Assembly: GCA_030141605.1 (NCBI GenBank) | Contig: JAQGDQ010000255.1 | Coordinates: 181,746-245,745, forward strand | Direction: 5' to 3' | DNA: 64,000 nt | Source of the DNA: Tubiluchus corallicola | Lineage: Eukaryota; Animalia; Priapulida | In this document: piece after piece, positions 53,948-64,000 of the stretch | Numbering within the stretch: position 1 is the first letter of the stretch | Layout of the letters: the number at the start of each line of letters is the position of its first letter | Notes under the pieces: generated by a model | What the model was told of the DNA's origin: nothing | What the model saw: the letters and a program-made list of their open reading frames with translations, nothing else | Databases searched by the model: none | Translations under genes and position numbers: made by a program

Positions 53948-54219
53948 ATGTATGTGTCCATGGGGGACTACGAGGAAAGGAAAAAATCACTTAAACGGCT
54001 CTATATCAGCAGTTATTACAGCAGCACTAGGCCTAAATTTAATAAGCTGAAACAAAGCGTCGAGTGCTCTATTGAATTTCACGTGACAAATTTGAGGTGA
54101 CAGGGCCTCAAGGTGTGGCATTGTCGGCGCATTGGGTGTTCATGCGTGCACAGCTTGCGTGCGACACAATGAAAATTAATGCTATTTCCTGTCAATGATC
54201 CGCCAATACAAGGTAATGC

Positions 54220-54918
54220 CATTAAGCAACCATAACCGCTACACGTATTATTGAATTCATGCACGCTTCAAAATTTTATGCGATACATGGTGTCCCAAGA
54301 AATAAATGCTTCACATTTTACGCGCCACAGGATGGCCAGTAAAATCAAGGCACATTTTATTATCATTGAGCAACCATAACCGCTACACGTATTATTGAAT
54401 TCATGCACGCTTCAAAATTTTATGCGATACATGGTGTCCCAAGAAATAAATGCTTCACCCTTTACGAGCCACAGGATGGCCAGTAAAATCACGGCACATT
54501 TTAATATCATTCATCAACTATAACAGATACATATTTTGAATTTATTACTTTATTTATTTATCAGTTTGCTTCAATTTAAAGTTATATACAAATATAAACA
54601 CACATACAATACAAACTAAACTATGACACACAATGTTAAAAATCTATAACTAAAAAACACATAAATTTAAGCTACAGGACGGCTCGAGAAATAAATGCTT
54701 CAGATTTTACGGGATACAGGGTGGCCTTAAAAAACGACATATTTCGTTATCATTAAGCAACCATAACCGTTGTACAGTGTACATACTGAATTTATGCACA
54801 CTTCAAAATTTTATGCGTTACAGGGCGGCTCGAGAAACAAACGCTTCAGATTTTAAGTGCTACAGGGCGGCCTGGAAAAAACGGCAAATTTTCATTGTCA
54901 TTAAGCAACTATAACCGG
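54220..54918. repeat. Tandem repeat of a unit of about 144-150 bp, four copies in two pairs with an AT-rich spacer
   Basis: CAACCATAACCGCTACACG recurs at 54227 and 54371 (144 bp apart, near-identical). More diverged copies lie at about 54660-54918. Confidence 0.9.
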
Positions 54919-56069
54919 TGCAAGTTATACATTAATTCCGAGGTACTCTACACTCCATGTGTGATGGCCTGAAATCCCATTGTTATATTGGAGCAATTGT
55001 GATTAACATAACAGATCAGTCATAAACTAGTAAATACCACCGTGTCATAATGATATGAAAAAGTCCTTTGCTACGCTTGCTTGCTACGAAGTATACTTAA
55101 ATAATTTTGTTATAAATTTCGTCCACTAGCTTCCAAATAGAGTGATTAAGAGAGGCACTCTGACTGTATAATTTCGTTACTTAATTTTTTTTTGTTTTGG
55201 CTTTGAAGTCATCATTCATCAATTTTATAGCTTGAAAATGAATTTGCAAAAAAAGACGTGGTCGAAATTCGAACTTTTGACTGAACGTTTTGCTTTGTTT
55301 TACTATGACAAGAAACTTTCCAGCTAAAAAATTAACTGGTGCAAATTAGGCCTGGATGCAACGCTTTATTAAAACGGTGAAAAACTGCGTTGCTATGCAA
55401 AATACCATTTGGTTAAAATTGTAAGAAAAACATTTCAGTATACAATGCCTTCAATATCTAATAAATGACTAGACTCATTTGCTATAACATCATCGCTGTA
55501 ATTTCTGCTTCTGGTGGATATAATAGCATTATTCCAGCATCATTTTAACCCGGATATGCAACAGCTGGCTAATCTAACATATCTCCAAGGAAATACTAAG
55601 CACTGAGATATTAATATTATCAGTAGGACCGTATCGTGCATCTGTTATTATATATCAATAAAATATTCATATTCATTGCCGATATCATGGCAGCATAACA
55701 CAGCGGAATAATGTGCGGATACGCGTAATAGCACGGAATGAATATTTCAAGAAGTTTGTTTGTTTTCTTCAATCTACGACGGCTTTTATGTCGTTGCCAA
55801 AAACCACTGGGAACAGATTAAGGTGGGAAAAGTTTTCCACGATAAAATATTAACGCGTTATGATAAAGATTATGAGTATGTGAAAAAATTATCAGCTTCC
55901 GGCGGGAGTACATTAGAGCACGTTTAAGAAAAATGTGTGCGAAATTCAAGACTTGCATAATTTATGGAGATGATAAACAAAATGTTAGTCATTGTGTGTT
56001 GCTTAAGACTCTTGTTTTCATTCTAACCTTTATTGTAGTCATCACTGTTGTCACCCCCTTTTCATATGA

Positions 56070-56281
56070 GGTCATCATTGCTATCACAATCGCTGTCTTG
56101 ATCAACATCATCTCTGCCATCATTATCCATCATCGTCATCATCATCAACACCACCATCATCATCGTCGTCGTCGTCGTCATCGTCATCATCGTTGTCATT
56201 GTCTTCAAGTTCGAGGTCATCATCGTCATCACAATCACTGTCATCATCATCACCATCATTGTCATCTTCGCCATCGTCATT
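56070..56281. repeat. Degenerate (CAT/CGT)n microsatellite
   Basis: Directly visible. It produces the poly-His, poly-Asp and poly-Met ORFs. Confidence 0.95.
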
Positions 56282-57830
56282 AAATTTTTTTGTAATTTTG
56301 AGCAATATCACCAATGCAAGAAAACAGAAATTGTACAAATTCCCTTAATAAATTATTATACAGGCATTTTTTTGTCAATGTGTAAAAAAGCGTTTTAATG
56401 GCCAGTCCCACGAAAAAACCGTATTTTCAAATCCTTCATAATTATGAAGAAATATCATGGCGTCAAATTATGCAAAAATTGATTTATATTATCTTTATAT
56501 CAGTTAACTAACAGATTAATTAATTAATTATTTTATTGATTTGTTATTAAATAATTAATCAGCCAATCTAATCTATCCCTCCTGCTTGATATCATTAAAC
56601 CCCCCCCCCGTTTTTCCGGGAAACACTACAAATCATATAGCATTTCCATGTGCATAAAAGTCAAGACGTTGAGCACAGAGCAGAAAGAACCCAGTCCACC
56701 GTGTCATTAGATTTTGGAGAGACAGCTAGCAGTCCATATGGCCCGGCCATGCTTGGCTGCCATTGACACTTGATGATGAAGTACTTGGGGTACTGTCATC
56801 TGCTTAAGTGTAAGAGTTACTGGTACTGAAACATAATGAAGCCCCTGTTGTCTCCATTATGGGAATAAAAAATCAGAACAGAGGCTGACTCACCTAGGAG
56901 ATGGCTTAATTACCACGTAGGGTTGAAAAAAACCTTTCAGACATGGTAGAAAAAGTTGGTCAATAATTTGGAAAACGAGGAAAAAACTGAGAAAATGTGT
57001 GAGCTATAATGGACGAAGCATATGTTTCAACAGCCCTACTCTTTAAAATCAATTAAGACTTCCACGTGTTCTACTTCACGTCAGAAACTTCTAGAAACAA
57101 ATGCATTTTTATAGAAAATAAGTAATATAAATGAGTATTTGAAAGCAGGCTTTAAGTGGTTTGGTTACTCAAGTGTTCAAAAAAAGTTTTTCATTGGTTA
57201 GGTAGCCAGTGAAGAGCTGAAGTTTTTAAACGTATGACTAGATATGGATAAATAACAGAGGCCTGCATTGTGATCATAGTTTGCAAACTGTTTGTTACAT
57301 ATAAACACATAAAATGAAACCTGTTTCAAGTTTGCCGCTTATTGAAAAGGAATAAGCAGAAACAAGATAAGACAGCAAGCAAGAAATGATAAAGGAATGA
57401 AACGATCAAAAACAGACGAACGAACGAACGGACGGACAAACAAATGGGCAAGCAAGCAAGCAGCAAAATCGGGACATTGATTTAATGACGCACTATGAAA
57501 TACAGCACAACCACCTGAGCTGCATATATATCACAGCACCACAAAGAAAATTTCAATTTAAAGTAATTAATAATTTACCGTGGCTGGTAAAATAATAATG
57601 GTGCTGGCACTGAGGGTTAAATGTGGTTTCGACCTTCATAAATGATTGGTTTAAATGTTCAAGGGTTTTCAACCGTCGCTGCAGTTAGTAGATACATAAT
57701 AAATAAATGCTAATAAAAAGTAATAATAATATGGTGGTAGTAATCATAATAGTAATAGTATTAATTAAAAACAGTAATGTTGCTAATAATATCCAGGGAA
57801 AATGAACGTTCTTATTATGAAACAGTGTAT

Positions 57831-57945
57831 GACCTAGTTAGTAAATGGATGGGTGACCACTTCTGAGTGTTTTGGCTATTATATTGTCCCTGGCTATTTT
57901 TCTTAATGAGCAATTTTCTTTACTCATCGAACATGACTAAGAGAT
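57831..57945 (+). mobile_element. Second copy of the 5S rRNA-derived repeat
   Basis: GACCTAGTTAGTAAATGGATGGGTGACCACTTCTGAG...TGTCCCTGGCT..TCTTAATGA aligns by eye with 17767-17850. Confidence 0.65.
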
Positions 57946-58060
57946 GGCTCTGACATAGCAAAAAACATGATTTGTATGTTTTTACATGTATCTTTGCTGC
58001 ATAAGTAGTAATTGTTAATTAATTATAATTAAAAATTATTAATACTTTTCATTCACTCAC

Positions 58061-58184
58061 CAAAAGTCTGTGAACAAGAGCATCGGTTATGGTAGCAATC
58101 TTGTTACTGTAGACTAGGTATTGAGAGTTATCAAAGCACCCTCTACAGGCGAGTTTCAATGTTGTACATGCGTTAACTAATGAT
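58061..58184 (-). CDS. SCAPER: SCAPER coding exon (124 nt, phase 2 to 0): SLVNACTTLKLACRGCFDNSQYLVYSNKIATITDALVHRLL
   Basis: Acceptor ttttttcag, donor gtgagt. Matches the recalled SL.NA......C..C..N.....SNKI....D.L.H.L pattern of SCAPER. Confidence 0.92.
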
Positions 58185-58454
58185 CTGAAAAAAACGACCA
58201 CCTAGCTTAAAACATAAACAAAAATTGTATAATAATACAATTTATTATATTGTATAAATAGCGGTGGAGAACAATGACATTTTACGGTGATGACTGTCAT
58301 TGGTTATGTACTGACTCTATACTGTATTAATTAGTGAACTACAAAATTCACCTTTCCAATAGATGTTGTACACATTTATACCGGCGCCATCTATCAGATG
58401 AAATGACAAACATTTCTGAAGTATGATGCTTTAAAACCACAAAAAAGTTTTTAC

Positions 58455-58567
58455 CTAGAAGGTATCACAGTTGGAGTGGCACTGGACGATTCGAGAATTA
58501 GAAAGAGGATGCTGACTAGAGGTTGGAATCCACCGGAAATTCGCAAGCACAGTTGATCTGCTTGTAC
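58455..58567 (-). CDS. SCAPER: SCAPER coding exon (113 nt, phase 0 to 2): VQADQLCLRISGGFQPLVSILFLILESSSATPTVIPS(R)
   Basis: Acceptor tttacag, donor gtaaaa. Open frame resembling the human segment VADQIAFQAAGGLTALEHIL...IPPKS as recalled. Phase matches the next exon. Confidence 0.88.
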
Positions 58568-61500
58568 CTGTAAACATGGTTGAACCAAGTTCATAACTGA
58601 ATACAATTATAAATCTTAGAATATTTTCAGCTTTTTGAAAAGTCTAAAAATATCAAACACTTGTTTATTTGTTTACGGTTTTGTCCTTGCAGGTACTTAA
58701 TACTATGTGTTCATAACTGATATTTGCTGTGTTTACAATAATTACAAACTGTAAAGATAAATCAAAACATTATAAACGATAAAAAGAAAAATACAATTAG
58801 TAATTCCAATATGAACAAGATAAATTTAAAATTATAACAATAATTTTAAAATATTAATGCTAGTAAGACTACAGTTTGGATTTCCAAACCAGATAATTTT
58901 TCTTTAAATATTAAACATCAAAATCAAAACATCATTAACTTTATTTTACAGGAATTGTATTAACCCATAATATGAAGTTAAACTAACATTTTGCAACTTT
59001 CATCGCCTCATTCTCCTGTTGTAATAATTATCATTTGTATTTAAATCTTTGCTTCTGCTTTTTTTACAGCAGAAAAACGAAACTTAGTTCTTGACACAAA
59101 ACACTAATCAATTTACAGTTTTTCCAATTACAATCAAATCAACAAAAGTTTTCCTTTAGCTCAACAAATGAATTTCAATCACAGTTTCATCATAAATTTA
59201 AAATCATAAAACAGCCAAAAGAATTCGGATATGGTTACCTGTACTGTTCATTTCAGTAATTCAGTAATTATAAAAAAAATGTATGAAAGCTTCTACGCAT
59301 AATTTTGTTTTTTTTATACAATTCGGAAATCGCAAGCCTGAATCAACCAGGTGTTTGTGGCAAGACCAGAACTCGGCTCATCAAGGCTATCCCTCTAATA
59401 TGAGACACTGAACCAGTGTGATGTGTCACAGCTACATTCCGATGTGAAAAATTCTCTCTCTATGAGGTAAACAATTGAAATATGAAATAGCATCTTGATG
59501 AGATCCCTGACCTAATTAAAATTGTACATTAACTTAATATGCAGAAGAAAAAAGTCAGGGCACACAGCATCACCGCTGTTTAAGTTGTATTGAACCTGGT
59601 TTCCAAGTCAAGTAACACTGGCATAGATAGATAACTGGACAGGTGATAAACCAATTTTTGTAGGTTTATCTAAAATATGCTGAATACTTTACAACTGGAA
59701 GACGAAAAGAAAGGAGATGGAAGAAAAATGGAAAAGTTTCCAAGCTCAGCTGAAACATCTAGTCGCCTCAGTTCATGAATTACTCTCAAACGCACTTTGC
59801 TTTTGTTTTGAAGATTACGAAACGAAATCACGTATTCGAGTGTGCACGAAACATAACTCTTGAGTGCCCTATGACATGTTTGGAGCAGTAAAAAAGGCAA
59901 ATATGGCAAAACATGCAAGTTGATAAGTGACTGACAAAATTGGAATTGGGCCTTCCTTGAAATGCAAAGTTATGTTATCCTTTCTAGGCACGTATTATAA
60001 TTTTACTAGAAGACATCGCACACAGAAATGACATCCCGTTGAACTGTGACACGTGTCGCCATCCATCGGCAAGAAGAGTAAGTGTTAGAAGCTAGTGCCC
60101 CATCAATATTAGCTCTTAACCAGCCATATCATTGGCTATCCTACCACCAAGCAAAATCAAATGAGCATAATTTGGCTGGAAACTGTTTATTTTTCCTGGA
60201 GGCAGAGAACATCAATATGGCGACTGTACATATTTACCCAAGCTGCACGCCATATTTTCATAATACATGCCCGTGTATTTTTCACCGCAGGCATTAGCCA
60301 TATTAGAGAGGAGTGCTAGAGTTCAGGTATACCCAGGCTGTGTTCAAAATAAACATTTTCTGAGAGCGTATCGAATTTATATGCCCCAAGAAGCAATGTG
60401 ATGCTTCAACGTTACTGGTGAATGCACAATTTTGCAATTGATTTTCAGTGTATTTTTTGTATACATTGATTATTGTTTCCATCAGTTATTCAGCAACTAC
60501 TTTGTAAAAACGATTTTGCTCGGTTCCTGAAATAAGTTATAGCATATATTCAGAAAAGATCCTTTGTAATTGGAAAATTTATTCATGAGTTTTTTTTCAG
60601 AAAATGAAGTCAACGGAAAATAAAGTTGAATAAAATTAACTACAATGCATTATAGTTTGTCAGAGTAGAAAATGTCTCTGCTACAATATTCATAGAATGA
60701 GCCAACATCTTCTCAATAGATACTAATACAACAAATTAAAGGTGACAGGGTAAAGGTGTTAGAATAACTCTTTACTTGCAGAAAACCCTGATAGTATTGC
60801 TGGTTTTGTTTTTGTTTTTAGAATATCAAGACAACATCTTCTAAAGATCTTAAAAATGTATTTGAATTGGGGAGGTATTTTAACATCCTCAAATTGCCAA
60901 CCTTCTTATTAATGTTATCAGTATTTATGCATATTTGAACTAGATTACAAAAACATCAGCTATTTGTAATGCCCAACAACTGAGTACACGAAAATGAATT
61001 TGTAAGAAAAATAAAAGAAAGTGGTAACAGCGATGCATAACTTTAGACTACAAAAGAGCTTTATAACTGTACTTGCATAATATCGCTGACTGTCTGACTT
61101 ATTCTGCTACATAAGTATTAAAGTACATTTCACTTTATTGCATAAGACATTTCACAAGTAAAGCAATATCAAATTTACTAAATTGGTAACACAATAGGTA
61201 AAGCAATTTAGTGAAATAATACAGAAGACAATACAGCCTATAAAGATGCACAAGCAGTGCTGATATTGGAAACTTATTCATTAATAAAACAACAACTTAG
61301 TAATAACAAAGCAACAAACAACATTCAGTGACAGTTTTGATAGCAGTAATGAATTTAGGAAATGCAAAAACAGAAATGTGAGTTTCACGTTTGTTGGCCA
61401 GATACAACATTTTACGAAAACGACAAAATTTTTGATAGTGAATTTCCAGGCATTTCTTACCAATTATATTTCATGTCTTACAACAAAATTTGATCTAGAA

Positions 61501-64000
61501 AAATTAACAAAAAGTTTCCATCATCATTCCGTCTTTATTTTATCATCTTGAACTTAGGATCATACAAAATTAATGATGCTTCTACTTGTTTAGCTTTGGG
61601 GCAGAGGAATTTACTTTTCATGAAATTCAGAAAATTTACGAACAAACATAACTTGCCGAAGGTTATGCCTACAAAGCGTATTACGCTACTATTATCTGCT
61701 ACAAAAACTATGCCACATGCTAGGCAAACAATTCTTGTTCAAACAAAAACGTCTCATATGCAAATCTGCCTCTTTATCTGTCCAATAACGTGCCACACAA
61801 GATGAAGTATGTCGCCAGTTTTGAATTTTTTCCTCAGACTCAGATATCTCTCTTGGCTCCAAGGCTTTGTAAAGCTAGGCTACTACGGGACCCGGATTGT
61901 TTTCCATGAAAACAGATCTTGCTGGCAAAACAACAAACAAGTGTCCACAGTCGGTAAAGATAAAGGTGGCCTTCCGTTGTTGAACGCTCCACAGACACAC
62001 GACGAACAGCTTGACTATTAGGAGAATGAGGCATTAAATGGCTCAGATCAGCATACAAGTTGTGGAGTTTCCTCAGAACTGCAATCGACTGCTTTCAGAA
62101 AATGTTGAAAATGAAAACCTTCTGGGTTTTTATAGCTGAATCATATATTTCAGTAACAAATTTCTAAATGAAATTGCAGCTCACACTTAAAAAAACGAAA
62201 TTAATGTAACCAAACAGTGGAAATACTTCAAATAATTAATAGAAATTAGAAGCAAATTTTTCTCTTTCACATTGTCGTCAACAAATATGATTTACTTCTC
62301 AGTAGTCTTATAAAGTTTAATTTAGGTGATTATAATAATTATCGTTAAATGTTATGCTATAAAGCAATATCAAGATCTCTGTTATAATTAAAATGATTTT
62401 ACAGTTTCACGGAATAAAAAAACAAAGTTACTCAATCCTATAAAACAATACATATGTCAAAGAACACAACACAGATGCTTACCTAAAGCTATGAAACTAT
62501 TGGGATGTAAAATCCTTCTATTTACTACCATGACATAAAACCACAATAAGTCAAAACTTTTTACCTATTCTGGTACTATTGCAAATCGACTATATCTTAT
62601 TATTATTATTATAGCCACAAGAAGCCGTAAGCATTGTAATAACATTATAATTACATGTAATTAGAAAATAATTATGTATAATATGATCTACCACAATGAT
62701 TGCAGCAGTTTACAAAAACAAATGAGCATTCTTGTTAAAACAGAACTGAAGCAAAACTGTGCCAACATAAATCTACAATTCCTAATGCAACTTCAAAATA
62801 TAGCATAACGAAAACTAAATTATAGGATTTTAATTAAATTAAAAATAAACCACTACGTTAAGGCTGTTCCACACCATGTTTACAAAACGACTTGGGTGTT
62901 TCACCCAGTAAAGACCCTAAATAAGTGGCGACATGAACAGGCGGGAATTCCAACAAGCCTCTTGGCTTAGCCACCAAGAAAACAAGCTGTGAGCCCCTGA
63001 GGACAATTATACAATCGCTCTCATTGTGATGCTGTGTTTGCCATGGAAACAATAGAACGCAAGAGTCAACAACAGCAGCAGCTGAGAGTCTAGTGTAAAG
63101 ACTAGGTATTAAATTCCAAAATGAACTAATTTATGCAAATTAAACTGTAAGTTACTGCACAACTACATCAGTAATTACATTTATTACTAATGCAGTAGTG
63201 CAATGATACATTAATTTGTTAATAGTTATTGTTTACAATGTATAATAATGCAACTACAAGAGTTAATTAACTTCCATTTTGAATGCATACAAACATTTAA
63301 ATTGATTAAGTAAGGTGTAGCTTTGTAGTCCCTTTCCTTGGAAACTGCTATTTGGCTGATATTCATTATTATTTAATTCTTTACTTTGCAAATTAACTGC
63401 TGTTTGGTTGATATCAATTATAATTTGTTTATTTTAGAAAGACTGTTATTTAGTTGATACTAATTATTATTTGTTTATTTTGCAAATTAATTCATTTGTA
63501 TTTAATCAATTTGATCAGTTTTAATAAATTAAGTTGTTATTAATTAATTAATAAATTAAGAGTGCTTTTGTCTCGCTGACACAAAAACAAGGCTGTCAGT
63601 AGACATTGTTATATGTACATTTACTTACAATACCTTCTACCTTGTATAGAGTTTAAATATTTGAAGCTATTTTGTACGCGAGACAGAAAAACATGTTCTA
63701 ATTTAAAATAATTTTAAAGAGCATAACGTGTATCCTGTATATTATGTATAATGTTGTGGGCGGAGTTACAGTTCTGGTTCATTTTATGCAGTAAGTATAT
63801 AGCCGCTCAATGATATACAAGGTTGTGGCGCCACCTATAGGTAGTAATAGTACCTAAAACCCTGACAAGCACGAATCTTATAATTTCTAAAAAAAACTCA
63901 CTATTACTCTGTATCTGGAACATTTTAGACAGATTAGTAGCAACTACTAGGGGTGAGCATTCTCTGCCAGAAAGCATACTCTAATCGAATTAAATTTGTG

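Noticed and set aside
61800-63060. Additional upstream SCAPER exons (ORFs 61840-62058 and 62858-63052)
   Set aside because: No similarity to the expected upstream SCAPER segment (W...ALDR.L.EI.RIL as recalled) and no convincing splice-site pairs.

Overview
AT-rich animal (probably invertebrate) nuclear DNA, not prokaryotic. The whole window lies inside one minus-strand gene, a SCAPER orthologue (S-phase cyclin A-associated protein in the ER). I traced eight coding exons by hand: 58567-58455, 58184-58061, 50787-50567, 46084-45935, 35974-35737, 28687-28538, 20280-20089 and a 46-nt exon at 3188-3143. All have GT-AG boundaries and matching phases, and they splice into one open frame of 1234 nt (411 codons plus 1 nt) covering the C-terminal region. 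The upstream exons and the last exon appear to lie outside the window. The introns (270 bp to 16.9 kb) hold three hAT-type MITEs with 8-bp target-site duplications, other inverted-repeat elements, a tRNA-derived SINE, 5S-rRNA-derived fragments, a truncated LINE 3' end, several minisatellites and many microsatellites. They also hold many non-repetitive, CpG-retaining islands rich in TAAT. The most interesting reading is regulatory. SCAPER is the known bystander gene of the ancient Islet-Scaper regulatory block, so these islands are candidate long-range Islet enhancers. That is inference: Islet itself is not in the window. Most supplied ORFs are artefacts of repeats or chance. I found no CRISPR array, intact transposase or intact RNA gene.
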